Source: Somniosus microcephalus
Lineage: Eukaryota
Assembly: GCA_052327205.1 (NCBI GenBank)
Contig: CM126203.1
Coordinates: 235,538,001 to 235,602,000 of the forward strand
Length of the DNA: 64,000 bases
Reading direction: 5' to 3'
The stretch's first letter is position 1, and each line of letters opens with the position of its first letter. The translations under genes and the position numbers were made by a program. The notes beneath the pieces are model-generated. The model saw nothing but the letters and a program-made list of their open reading frames with translations, had not been told where the DNA came from and made no database searches. Below, one piece after another: positions 13,025 through 25,172 of this stretch.

Positions 13025-13345
13025 GGTTAAGGCAATGAGAAGCTAAGCCATACAGACCAGGAATGCTCCAAGTTTAGTCTCAGGTCTGTTCTAAATTAGC
13101 TGATCTCAGTTGTGACAACAGTAGGCATGCTATAATTGACCTCCTCTCCTCCAAAGTTAGAGAGGAGAAACAAATCTACCAGCATTCCCACTGCTGATAA
13201 CTGACTCCTGCTAGAAGTGCAGACACTGAATGAAGACATGTTCAGGCCTAGGCACTGTCAAGAGCTCAACAATCGCGATCTTGGCTCACAAATGAAGAAC
13301 AGCCACCAAACACCTTTGTAATCATATTCCAGATGGCAGTCAATA
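13025..13345 (+). mobile_element. Ancient SINE relic, AmnSINE2-like
   Basis: Blocks GCCATACAGACCAGGAA, TTAGCTGATCTCAG and GGCTCACAAATGAAGAA match my recollection of the AmnSINE2 consensus (not database-verified). Confidence 0.55.
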
Positions 13346-13699
13346 ACTTAAGAGGAACAAAATAACTGATGGAAAAGGAGATTAGTTTAAAACAAAACGT
13401 CATAACTCATCTTTGAAATACGACTGAAAAACACACACTTAGCAGGTCTTATTTCCGTTTTATGGAATTAATTTTTACAAATCACAAGGAGGGGAAAATT
13501 CATGCATGACTAAGATTTTTCACAGTATTAATTTCTAGTTTGGGTGGGTAAGAAAAGACAAAACTAAATAGAAAGTTGGATGCAAATACAAAGCCTTACA
13601 TTTCAGGAAGATATCTTAACATGCTTTAATATTAGAGGAGAAAACAGCTGAGCAGGAGGCGAAACTTAAGGTTACTTTCCTTCCCTGTACCCTCTATTG

Positions 13700-14080
13700 C
13701 TGAGAAGGACAAGCGCAGCAATGTCTTGGGAACACCATTACATCCAAGTTCCCCTCCAAGTCACCTACCATATTTGCTTGGACATATATCACTATTCTTT
13801 CATTGTCACTGGGTGAATATCCTGGAACCTACATAACACCTTTTTTCAATTAATTCTTGGAATGTGGGCATCGCTGGCAAGGCCACATTTATTGCCCATC
13901 CCTAGTTGCCATTGAGAAGGTGGCGGTGGGCCTTATTTTTGAACCACTGCAGTCCGTGTGGTGAAGGTGCTCTCACAATACTGTTAGCTAAGGAGTTCCA
14001 GGATTTTGGAAGTACCATCACCACAAGAACAACAGGAGTTCAAGGAGAAGGCCCACCACCAGGGCAACTATCATGGGCAA
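13700..14080. mobile_element. 3' fragments of the second LINE family: an older + copy with a - copy (about 13841-14005) nested in it
   Basis: AAGTTCCCCTCCAAGTCAC on +, then TGTGGGCATCGCTGGCAAGGCC...ATTTATTGCCC (tail on -), then the + copy resumes. Confidence 0.65.
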
Positions 14081-14603
14081 TCAATTACAATGCAGACAAG
14101 TCTTATCTGTACTGGAAATGTTTTTCTGTTGCATCAAAGCAAGAGACCATTGCTTCAGAGCACAAAGAGTAGATCATATTACTTTACCATAGCCATGTAA
14201 ATGATTCTCAAGCTGTGCAGTACCAGCAAAGAAACCAGATCCCTTTAAGGTATTTATGGTGAAGTTTCAGCATATCAACTACTACAACCAGCTAGCAGCA
14301 TGGATAGGTACAAATAGTTTTACTTCCTGGCTTCATCACAAGTTGGTCTCTGCTGTCTGGTACTTCAGGGCTCAGCAAAAGTGGCTTTAATTTTAATATT
14401 CTGAAGAAAGCACCTTAAAATTCAAATGGTAATCTGATTTTTTTTGTCCAAATACCACCTAACATGACATCTGTAGTTCAGCATCATCTGGAGTCCCACT
14501 ACAGAAAGCAGTATTGAATAAACTGTTCGGAGTAACACATCATTCTATAGCTCTGAAAAACTACCAGTGAAAGAAGCCTCATCTTTTCTTTATTCGTTCA
14601 CGA

Positions 14604-15795
14604 TGTAAGAATCCTGAGAAATCTCCATTTCAGATTCCCACTAGCTAACATGGACAAAATGAAATAAACATTGTTAGTTGTAGGTTTAAGTTTGTATTAT
14701 TTAACTGTTAGTCAATGCATGCCGATTCTTGAATAATCATGCTTTTCAACTAGTGTAACATGCCTTGGGTAGACCCAATTAGGTTTTAAAATGGAAGAAA
14801 GAGGCCTGCTTGACCGAATATTAAAAATGCAGAATCCAACAAGCCTTGTTCACAAAGCGACAGTCAGTCTGTGAGAAAAGCAGAGAGAATTAATGAAATT
14901 CCAGAGACTGAGATAAGAGGCAGGGACCGTAAGATTGTTATGAATTACATGTTAGTTGTTTGTTTTTTTTTTGAATACTTGTTTTCTATCTTTAGTGATA
15001 TAATCATCAGGAATAGATTCATAATTCTGTGTAAGAATTAAATATAAAAGTCTATAATCATCAACCGCATGCCATAATAATCTGAATTATGTATAGCATG
15101 TAACCCCTTTTCTTATACTTAAAAGTCTGAGTGTAGGCTCTAACCAGACAACCTGGGATAAGAAAGAGATTGCCATGGTCGAATAGACTGCAGTGAGTCT
15201 GGGAACCAAGGTTAGGTGCAGTTACCATTGTGCTGAAATGTTATAACATCCGCAGTGAATTAGAAAAACAAAGACCAACAGCAAAGGTCGTAACTCAACC
15301 TATGGGAGACTTATTCCTTTTGTATTGCCATAACTGCCCCAGGTAGGTGTCGTGATGGTCAAAAACAATGATGTAAGAGTGTCATCAGACCAAAAACCTG
15401 CGTAAGCCAGGGTGCTACGAACGTGGCATCTTTATGATTGGATTTTGTGTTTGGGTGTCAGCCAATGATTGGCTCAGGAGGACTCCATAGGTTTTGAATG
15501 AGAGTAAAAGGTATAAGAAGTGGGTCTTAACAGCCACAAATTGTAGAAAATTTCAGGAGTAGAAGATTACAGGACAAATGAGAGAGGCACCCAGGAGACA
15601 TGGAGAAATGAGACACAAGGTGCAGCTTTTACACAGAGTATAAGTGGTAATATAAGTCTCAATTATATTCTGTAAACTGCTGCTCGAATACTGTAATGTA
15701 TTAAGTCTTGCTTGTGCTGAATAAAGTTAAATCACTGTTCCCAATACGGGTCAACCTCGAATCATTTGGAACCAGGGTCCCGCTGGGATCTTATA
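14604..15795 (+). mobile_element. Solo LTR, about 1.2 kb (ERV-like)
   Basis: TGTAAGA...TCTTATA termini. Degenerate 4-bp TSD ACGA/ACAG. CCAAT at about 15462, TATAAG at about 15513, AATAAA at 15720. Splits the LINE tail. Confidence 0.7.
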
Positions 15796-16531
15796 ACAGG
15801 AGGTGGGAGTCGCTGACAAAGCCAGCATTTATTGCCCATCTCTAATTGCCCTCGAGAAGGTGCTGGTAAGTCGCCTTCTTGAACTGCTGCAGTCCATGGG
15901 GTGAAGGAACTCCCACAGTGCTGTTACGGAGGGAATTCAGGGATTTTGACCCAGCGACTGTAAAGGAATGGCGATATATTTCCAAGGCAGGATAGTGTGG
16001 GACTTGGAGGGGAACTTGCAGGTGGTGGTGTTCCCATGCTCCTGCTGCCCTTGTCCTTCTAGGTGGTAGAGGTCACGGGTTTGGGAGGTGCTGTCAAAGA
16101 AGCCTTGGCGAGTTGTGCAGTGCATCTTATAGATGGTAGACACGGTACACCGGTGGTGGAGGGAGTGAATGTTTAAGATGGTGCATGGGGTGCCAATCAA
16201 GCGGGCTGCTTGGTCATAAGAACATAAGAAATAGGAGCAGGAGTAGGCCAATCGGCCCCTCGAGCCTGCTCCGCCATTCAATAAGATAATGGCTGATCTG
16301 ATCCTAACCGCCAATCCACTATCACATAACCATCTCCTGAATCTAACAGAATTAGACACGAAATAGGAGCAGGATCAGGCTACACGGCCCCTGGGCCCGC
16401 TCCGCTACCCACAGGGCCATGACCGATCCGAACCTAGACTCATGTCCAAATTCCTGCCCGCTCCCCATAACCCTTAATTCCCTTTACTTCTAGGAAACTG
16501 TCTATTTCTGTTTTAAATTTATGTAATGATG

Positions 16532-18223
16532 GGATATCGGGAAAAATAGGGACATTGGCAAAGGAGGAACTGACGCAAATCAATATCTCTAAGGATATGG
16601 TGTTAAGGAAGCTAAAGGGATTGAAGGTGGACAAATCCCCAGGGCCTGATAACATGCATCCTAGGGTACTGAAGGAGGTGGCCCTAGAGATAGCGGATGC
16701 ACTAAGGATGATTTTTCAGAATTCATTAGACTCGGGAACAGTGCCGATGGATTGGAGGGTAGCTAACGTTACCCCACTATTCAAAAAGGGGGGTAGGGAA
16801 AAAGCAGGTAATTACAGACCTGTAAGCCTTACATCAGTTGTGGGCAAAATGCTGGAGTCCATCATTAAGGATGAAATAGCGGAGCACTTAGCAAATGGGG
16901 ACAGGATAGGACAGAGTCAACATGGATTTACAAAGGGTAAATCGTGCTTGACTAATCTATTGGAATTTTTTGAGGGAGTAACTGGTAGAATAGATGGGGG
17001 AGAGCCAGTAGATGTGGTGTACCTGGACTTCCAAAAGGCCTTCGATAAGGTCCCACATAAAAGATTAGCATGGAAAATTGAGGCTCATGGGATAAAGGGG
17101 AAAGTTTTGGCGTGGATAGGGAACTGGCTGTCAGATAGAAAACAGAGAGTTGGAATAAACGGCTCATTTTCTGAATGGCAGGCAGTAACAAGTGGGGTAC
17201 CACAGGGATCTGTCCTGGGCCCCCAGCTGTTCACAATTTACATTAATGACCTGGATCAGGGAGTCGGATGCAGCATTTCCAAATTTGCAGACGACACTAA
17301 ACTAGGAGGGGGGGTGGGCTCAGAGGAAGAGACCAGGAAGCTCCAGAGCGATTTGGACAGACTGGGCGATTGGGCGGATAAATGGCAGATGCACTATAAT
17401 GTGGACAAGTGCGAAGTTATCCACCTTGGGTGCAGGAACGGGAGGGCAAATTATTATTTAAATGGCAATAGATTGGGAGAGGGGGAAGTACAGAGAGACC
17501 TGGGTGTTCTTGTACACCAGTCACTGAAGGCGAGCATGCAGGTGCAACAGGCGGTCAAGAAGGCAAACGGTATGCTGGCCTTCATAGCAAAAGGGTTAGA
17601 ATACAGGAACAGGGATACCTTGCTGCAGCTGTACAGGGCACTGGTGAGACCACACCTCGAGTACTGTGTACAGTTTTGGTCGCCTCATCTGAGGAAGGAT
17701 GTTCTTGCCATGGAGGGGGTGCAGCGGCGATTCACCAGGCTGATACCAGGAATGGCGGGAATGACCTATGAGGAGAGACTATGTAGTTTAGGGATGTACA
17801 CACTGGAGTTTAGAAGATTGAGAGGGGACCTCATAGAAGTGTATAAAATTCTGACAGGTCTAGACAGACTGGATGCAGAAGGAATGTTTCCCTTGGCGGG
17901 TGAGAACAGAACTAGAGGACATAATTTAAGGATAAGGGCTAAACCATTTAGGACAGAGATGAGGGGGAATTTCTTCACTCAGAGAGTGGTGAACCTGTGG
18001 AACTCATTGCCACAGAGGGCAGTGTACGCCAGCTCATTAAATATATTTAAGAGGGAATTAGATATATTTCTACGGGCAAAAGGGGTTAAGGGTTACGGAG
18101 AGAAGGCGGGGACGGGATACTGAATTAAAGGATCAGCCATGATCTCATCGAATGGCGGAGCAGGCACGAAGGGCCGAATGGCCTACTCCTGCTCCTATCT
18201 TCTATGTATCTATGTATGTATCT
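16532..18223 (+). mobile_element. Young 5'-truncated CR1 copy
   Basis: ATGATG TSD at 16526-16531 and 18224-18229. Intact 3' UTR and tail. Confidence 0.93.
16555..18123 (+). CDS. CR1 ORF2 reverse-transcriptase portion (522 aa, uninterrupted; endonuclease lost by 5' truncation)
   Basis: [29 protein letters not shown] and KFADDTKL motifs in one frame. Confidence 0.85.
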   Translation: MAKEELTQINISKDMVLRKLKGLKVDKSPGPDNMHPRVLKEVALEIADALRMIFQNSLDSGTVPMDWRVANVTPLFKKGGREKAGNYRPVSLTSVVGKMLESIIKDEIAEHLANGDRIGQSQHGFTKGKSCLTNLLEFFEGVTGRIDGGEPVDVVYLDFQKAFDKVPHKRLAWKIEAHGIKGKVLAWIGNWLSDRKQRVGINGSFSEWQAVTSGVPQGSVLGPQLFTIYINDLDQGVGCSISKFADDTKLGGGVGSEEETRKLQSDLDRLGDWADKWQMHYNVDKCEVIHLGCRNGRANYYLNGNRLGEGEVQRDLGVLVHQSLKASMQVQQAVKKANGMLAFIAKGLEYRNRDTLLQLYRALVRPHLEYCVQFWSPHLRKDVLAMEGVQRRFTRLIPGMAGMTYEERLCSLGMYTLEFRRLRGDLIEVYKILTGLDRLDAEGMFPLAGENRTRGHNLRIRAKPFRTEMRGNFFTQRVVNLWNSLPQRAVYASSLNIFKRELDIFLRAKGVKGYGEKAGTGY

Positions 18224-19244
18224 ATGATGTAGCTTCTACAGCTTTTTGGGGCAGCATATTCCATGGATCTACCTCCCTCCGAGTGAAGTAGTTCCTCCCC
18301 ATCTCAGTTTTGAAAGAGCGGCCCCTTATTCTAAGACTATGCCCCCTAGTTCTAGTTTCACCCATCATCGGGAACATCCTCCCCGCATCCACCCGATCCA
18401 ACCCCTTCACAATCTTATATGTTTCAATAAGATCGCCTCTCATTCTTCTGAACTCCAATGAGTAGAGTCCCAATCTACTCAACCTCTCCTCATATGTCCA
18501 TCCCCTCATCCCCGGGATTAACCGAGTGAACCTTCTTTGTACTGACTCGAGAGCAAGTATGTCCTTTCTTAAGTATGGACACCAAAACTGTACGCAGTAT
18601 TCCAGGTGCGGTCTCACCAATACCTTGTACAACTGAAGCAATACCTCCCTATTTTTATATTCTATCCCCCTAGCAATGAAAGCCAACATTCCATTGGCCT
18701 TCTTAATCACTTGCTGCACCTGCATACTAACCTTTTGAGTTTCGTGCACCAGGACCCCCAGATCCCTTTGTACTTCAGTACTTTCCAGTTTCTTGCCATT
18801 AAGATAATAACTTGCTCTACGATTTTTCCTGCCAAAGTGCATAACCTCACACTTTCCAGTATTGTATTCCATCTGCCAAATCTCTGCCCACTTACTTAGC
18901 CCGTCTATGTCCCCTTGCAGGTTTTTTATGTCCTGGATGGTGTCGAGCTTCTTGCGTGTTGTTGGAGCTGCACTCATCCAGGCAAGTGGAGAGTATTCCA
19001 TCACACTCCTTACTAGTGCCTTGTAGATGGTGGAAAGGCTTTGGGGAGTTAGGAGGTGAGACACTTGCCATAGAATACCCAGCCTCTGACCTGCTTTTGC
19101 AGCCACAGTATGTGTGTGACTGGTCCAGTTAAGTTTCAGGTTAATGGTGACTCCCAGGATGTTGATGGTGGGGGATTCGGTGATGGTAATGCCATTGAAT
19201 GTCAAGGGGAGGTGGCTGGATTCTCTCTTGTTGGAGATGGTTAT

Positions 19245-19500
19245 TGTAGTGTATGTAACTGTTCTACCTTTAAGAGAACTATCGTATGTAACCGTTCACC
19301 TTTAAGAGGACTATTTTAGGTGTGGCACTACTTTATCTTGGCTGCTGTATACTGTAATACCGACGGTGACCACGCCAGTATATAAGTGCTGTGTCAGGAT
19401 TTATTGGGCAGATTCGCCCCGACCTTCGAATAGTAAAGTCCTGTTTAAGTTACTCTTGTAGTCTGTGTATTACTTCGCTATACAACCCACAGACTTTACA
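19245..19500 (+). mobile_element. Gypsy solo LTR (256 bp)
   Basis: TGTA...TACA termini. Perfect 5-bp TSD GTTAT (19240-19244, 19501-19505). TATAAG and AGTAAA. Similar to the LTR at 61015-61190. Confidence 0.9.
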
Positions 19501-20754
19501 GTTATTGCCTGGCACTTGTGCAGCACGAATGTTACTTGCCACTTATCAGTCCAAGCCTGAATGTTGTCCAGGTCTTGCTGCATGCGGGAATGGACTGCTT
19601 CATTATCTGAGGCGTTGCGAATGGAACTGAACACTGTGCAATCATTAGCAAACATCCCGAGTTCTGACCCTATGATAGGCAGAAGGTCATTGATGAAGCA
19701 ACTGAAGATGGTTAGGCCTAGGGCACTGCCCTGAGGAACTCTAGCAGTGATGTCCTGGGGCTGCGATGATTGGCCTCCAACAACCAAACTGTCTTCCTTT
19801 GTGCTGGTTTGACGCCATCCAGTGAAGAGTTTTCCTCCTGATGCCCAGTGACTTCAATTTTACTATGGCTCCTTAATGCCACACTCAGTCAAATGCTGCC
19901 TTGATGTTAAGGGCAGTCATTCTCACCTCACTTCTAGAATTCAGCTCTTTTGTCCACGTTTGGATCAAGGCTGTACTGAGGTCTGGCGCCAAGTGATCCT
20001 GCCGGAACCCAAACTGAGCAGGTTATTGGTGAGTAAGTGCTGCCTAATAGTGCTGTCGACAACACCTTCCATTACTTTGCTGATGATTGAGAGTAGGCTG
20101 ATGGGGCAGTAATTGCACGGTGGTAGTGTCACACAACACGATGGAGGGTGTCCTCAGTGTGAAGACAGGACTTTGTCTCCACAAGGACTGTGCGGTGGTC
20201 ACTACTACCAAGAGTGTCATGGACAGATGCATCTGCGACAAGTAGATTGGCAAGGACAAATAGGTTTTTCCCCTCGTGTTGGTTCTCTCACCATATGTCG
20301 CAGGCCCAGTCTGGCAGCTGAAGGTCAGTTTCTGGTGCTGTTAATGTTTGGGATCAGGGAAACCCAGTTATCCAAGTTCATCCCTGGTGCAAGGTTTGGT
20401 CTGGAGTTGTGGAGATGAGTGCCCAGGACTACTTTGATTTGAAGGACGATGATGATTAGGAGCTCTGTGGCTTTGAGGTCAAGAAATAGTTTAATGCTGC
20501 AGACATTCTGAATATTAGCAAGGACATATGGAGTTCAACCAGTAAGACATTAAAGGATTATCTAGTGTGATGCATGGTAGTGCAGGTATCAATTAAAAGA
20601 TGATTGACAGTATGGAAGATGTAGGAAGTGGTGTTAATGAAGGGTCTAGTGCTACTAATGATAGTTAGGAGGAGGAACTAGAGTTAGTGCCAGCTGAAAA
20701 AGTCTCTGTAAAAATGCTGTATAGGCCACCCAAAAGGCTTCACAGTTTTTTTAA

Positions 20755-21330
20755 GCAACATCAAATTGCATTTATATAGCATTTTAACATGGTAAAACAT
20801 CCAAAAGGAGCTTCACAGGAGTATAATTAGACAAAAATTGACACTGAGCCAAAGAAAGGGATATTAGGATGGGTTACTAAATGCTTGGTCAAAGAGGTAG
20901 GTTTTAAGAAGCCTCCTAAAGGAGGTGGAGAGGTTTAGGGAGATGATTCCAGGCCTTAGAGTCTGGATGGCTGAAGGCACAGCCGCCAATGCTGGGGCGA
21001 AGGAAGTGGGGAATGCACCAGAGGCCAGAGTTGGAGGAACGCAGAGTTCTTGGAGGGTTGCAGGGCTGGAGAAGGTTACAGAGATAAGGAGGGCAAGGCC
21101 ATGGAGGGATCTAAACAAGAGGCTGAGAATTTTAAAATCGAGGTGTTGAAAGCCAACGTAGGTCAGCGAGCACATGGCTGATGGGTGAACGGACCAGTAC
21201 AGGTTAGGATACGGGCAGCAGAGTTTTGGATGAGCTCAAGTTTATGATCAGTGGAATACGCGAAACCAGCCAGGAGAGCACTGGAATAGTTGATTCTGGA
21301 GGTAACAAAAGCATTGGATGAGGGTTTCAC
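20755..21330 (-). mobile_element. L2-type LINE 3' fragment
   Basis: Peptides SRINYSSALLAG, IQNSAARILT, FKILSLLFRSLHGLA and LLKTYLFDQAF are typical of the L2 ORF2 C-terminus. Confidence 0.8.
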
Positions 21331-21999
21331 AACATACACCACGAGGATTACACTGGAGTCTCCTGTGTGACAGAAAATCAGTTGTTTTAGCATCACAATC
21401 CCCACCTCCACTCCAGACATTCCTTATGAACTAATTTTTTTACTTTTTAATTTGTGCATCCCTACAAATCCTACAACAATGAATACAACTACAAAAATGT
21501 TTCTTTAATTATTTGTATTTTACTTGTCTTCATTAGTAGGCCTAGGGTATTGTGGTACCAAAAGGTCTAAGATCATTTGGAGACTCTCAATTATCTGCCA
21601 CTTTCCATTATTCAGAAGGGGCTCCCTTCTATAACTGAAGTTCTTCTGTAGTACAGAATCTGGGATTGAGACGCTTAAGATGAAAAGAGCACCCCAAAGC
21701 AGTCTTCCGGAATTTATCCTTTAATCCATTGTACAAGATAAGCTTTCATGAAGCAAAAGGCACAAAATGTCTACAGTCTCTGAAATGAAAAATGGACCAT
21801 AGTCCAGCCAAAGAAATAACATTTATACACACAAGCAAGCAAAGTGGAATATTGCCCTCCACTGGGACTCAACTGAAAGTAGATATGTGACAAAAACATG
21901 TCAAGTAAACTCCCAGGCCTCCAAATAAGTTACTGCTGGTTAATTTTACTCCATGATAAAAAAAGTTACAGTTTTAAAATAAAAATATAAAGCTCATAC

Positions 22000-22093
22000 C
22001 TGTCAGCACAGCTTGAGCTCATTTTGCTCCCTGTTTATGGTAGTTGAGGAAGGCAGAGATACTTCATCTTATGGGAGACATTTGGCCAATTGC
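22000..22093 (-). other. Candidate host-gene exon (94 nt; 5' UTR plus possible start MSSSCAD-)
   Basis: Acceptor TTCTTCCCCCTTTTAG, donor CAG|GTATGA, in non-repetitive AT-rich DNA. Stops in all through-frames, with an ATG near the 3' end. Confidence 0.45.
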
Positions 22094-23089
22094 CTAAAAG
22101 GGGGAAGAATTTTTTTTAAAAAAACAAGCATGCATAATTTGAAATAAAGTATTTGGAAATTACCACTGAAAAGTTCACCACAGCAACTATGTGGATTACA
22201 CTGAAAATCATAATATACTTAATTATCTATACATAAATGAAAAAATTGGGGGCATCACTTTTGAGCCAACTTCCCAACAGTAATCATGTTACTGTTACAA
22301 ATGTTAATGTCCCTTTCTAGAAAACTCATTGGTCAATAGTAATAGGTCGAACAGGTCCATGTTGATTAATAAGGCTCTGGACCACTGCCGATGAAAAGGC
22401 CAGGCAAAGTCAAGCATTTGGCATATTTCAGATTAGACAGTAATGGCAACTGGTTCCCTTCTAGCTATAGCTTTAACATTGAGTGCTACATCAGCCTCTC
22501 ACTAGCTTCTTCTTCCACCTCTTCTGCTAAGAGGGCTCTTCCCCAGTGAACGAGGTTCACATGCTATCTCCAGTCACCATCCGCCATTTCTTTCTACCAG
22601 GTTTCTACTACTATTGCAGCACCATCGGAGCCAGATTCAACTTGATGTGGCACTGAGTCACTAATGTTGATGAGCCAGATGAGACATGATGGGGGTTAGG
22701 AGTTTATTTGAAGTCCAGGACTCCTATCCTCCCTTTCCCTCAGAGAACCCTGGATCCCTTCTTATTGCTCAGATTCTTAGTGCCCATTGATCCCAGGACG
22801 TCTCTGGAGCCTGTCTCCCAATGATCCAAGATCTTGTTCCAGTGTTCCCTCAACCCCACTGCCCCCGCCCCCACCACAGCATTATGAGAATCATGGGACC
22901 TTGACCCCAGTGCTTTCCTCTCCTGGGACAAACAACTGCTAGACCCTTGGACCCATCCCACCATTACTCCCTATACTTCTCCCTCTGCTGATAAATCAGC
23001 GTCCCTGATTATTCTACTTTGTATAACATTCCTGTTCTTTCTTATAAAACCGCCAACTCGCCATGAGCAATGTCACAGGTGATTCTCTA

Positions 23090-23352
23090 GTCACAAAAAG
23101 GGAGATTAGAAAAAAAACTTTACAGAAAGGTTGGTTAGAATGTTGAATTCTCTGCCACAAAACCATTATTGAAGCAGAGTTCATAAATTCTTTAAAAAGG
23201 AATTAGATAGTTACTTTAAAAAAAGAGAAATATTAAAGTGTGCAAACAAGAGAATGGGATTAGACGAGATGGTTCAAATGGAATAAAACACCGGCACAAA
23301 TTTGATGGATCGAATGGCTTATTTCTGTGTTGCAACATTTCATGATTCTATA
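23090..23352 (+). mobile_element. Old CR1 3' end
   Basis: CR1 3' UTR motif GAATGGCTTATTTCTGTG and tail ATGATTCTA. Confidence 0.65.
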
Positions 23353-23669
23353 ATCTAGATCAGTAAGGAATAAGTGAGGGTGTATGTGTCTAGTCAGAAG
23401 GACAGTTTGAGCCTTTCTTCAGTTATTTGTGAACAAGCCTTTTGTCCATTAGTGGCCATGATTGGTAAAGTGCATGTTTTCTCAAAAACCAGTGCTGAAT
23501 ATCAGGGCAGAAATTCAGTAATTTATTCTATTTACCCCAGAATGATAGGGACTCTGAAGTGGAAAACACCTCATATGCAAACTATAACTTCACTTGTGTC
23601 CATTTAGACCCTTGGACATCATCACAAGCCACCCTCAGCTACCCGTGAACCATGTATACATGCATACAG

Positions 23670-24007
23670 GGGTACGGTAGCATAGTGGTTATGTTACTGG
23701 ACTAGTAATCCAGAGGCATGGATGAGAGTTCAAATCCCACCACAGCTGGGGAATTTAAATTCAGTTAATTAAATAAATTGGGACCAAAAAGCTAGCATCA
23801 GTAATGGTGACCATGAAACTACCAGATTGTCATTAAAAACCCATCTTTAAAAGTCTAATGTCCTATATGTGACTCCAGACACAGCAATGGTCTTAACTGC
23901 CCTCTGAAATATCACGGTTCAAGAAGACAACTCGCCACCACCTGCAAGGGCAATAAATGCTGGCCTTGCCAGCAACGCCCACATCCCATGGACGAATAAA
24001 AAAAAAA
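23670..24007 (+). mobile_element. tRNA-derived SINE (same family as 11368-11777)
   Basis: Head GGTAGCATAGTGGTT...GTTCAAATCCC. Tail GGGCAATAAATGCTGGCCTTGCCAGCAACGCCCACATCCC followed by poly(A). Confidence 0.85.
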
Positions 24008-24269
24008 TCTTGACAACAGAGCACTATATCATTTATATAAACAAATAAATAGAAGTATGATTCCATCATACCAAGACCAGCATCCTTTCAAACTTTCCAT
24101 TTCATTGGTCTCATTCTCAGTTACTTGCAGAGAGACCTGGCCTGCTTTCCATGTACTTTTACTATTAAAAGCATATTTTGACGTCAATTGGGTCAGAAGA
24201 AATTCTTCGAAGGAGTTTTAAATACTTCACTTAATTTTTTTTGATGAAATCTCTGACATTTTGCTGTCA

Positions 24270-25172
24270 AAGATGGGTGGGAAAGCAAGCTGTGTAGAGG
24301 ACTCAAAGAATCTGCAAAGGGATATAGACAGGCTAAAGTGAGTGGGCAAACATTTGGCAGGTGGAGTATAATGTGGGAAAGTGCGAGGTTATCCACTTTG
24401 GCAGGAAAAATAAAGCAGCAAATTATTTAAATGGAGAGATTTTACAAAATGCTACAGTTCAGAGGGACCTGGGGATCCTTGTGCATGAAACACAAAAAGG
24501 TAGCATGCAGGTACAGCAAGTAATCAAAAAGGCAAATGGAATGTTGGCCTTTATTTCAAGGGGGTTGGAGTATAAAAGTAGGGAAGTCCTGCTACAACTG
24601 TACAGGGTATTGGTGAGACCACACCTTGAGTACTGCATACAGTTTTGGTCTCCTTATTTAAGGAAGGATATACTTGCATTGGAGGCAGTTCAGAGACGAT
24701 TCACTAGGTTAATTCCAGAGATGAGGGGGTTGACTTATGAAGAAAGGTTGAGCAGTTTGGGCCTATACTCATTGGAATTTAGAAGAATGAGAGGTGATCT
24801 TATTGAAACATAAGATACTGAGGGAGCTTGACAAGGTAGATGCAGAGAGGATGTTTCTCCTTGTGGGGAAATCTAGAACTCGGGGGCATAGTTTCAGAAT
24901 AAAGGGTCGCCCTTTTAAAACTGAGATGAGGAGGAATTTGTTCTCTCAGAGGGTCGTAAATCTGTGGAATTCTCTGCCCCGGAGAGCCGTGGAGGCTGTG
25001 TCATTAAATACATTTAAGGAGGAGATACAGATTTTTGAAAGATAAGGGAGTGAAGGGTTATGGGGAACAGGCAGGGAAGTGGCTTTGAGCCCAAGATCAG
25101 CCATGACCTTATTGAATGGCGGAGCAGGCGCGAGGGGCCAAGTGGCCTATTCCTGCCCCCAATTCTTATGTT
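24270..25172 (+). mobile_element. CR1 3' fragment
   Basis: ORFs 24361-24813 and 24794-25045. Tail TTCTTATGTTC. Confidence 0.9.

Larger units (their letters stand above)
16215..18929 (-). mobile_element. CR1 3' fragment, host of the 16532-18223 insertion, with a tandem double 3' tail
   Basis: Tail CATAAGAACATAAGAA at 16216. RT C-terminal frame in 18224-18929. Confidence 0.88.
14585..20320 (-). mobile_element. Second non-LTR family (possibly RTE-X-like; clade uncertain), split by several later insertions
   Basis: Pieces 14585-14603, 15796-16214, 18930-19244 and 19506-20320. Peptides VPQGSALG, SVMEYSPLAWMSAAPTT, LHHRCTV. A-rich tail. Confidence 0.8.

Noticed and set aside
18222-19205. 327-aa ORF as a novel gene
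   Set aside because: Chance in-frame fusion at about 18930 of the second LINE family with a nested CR1. No independent start or promoter.
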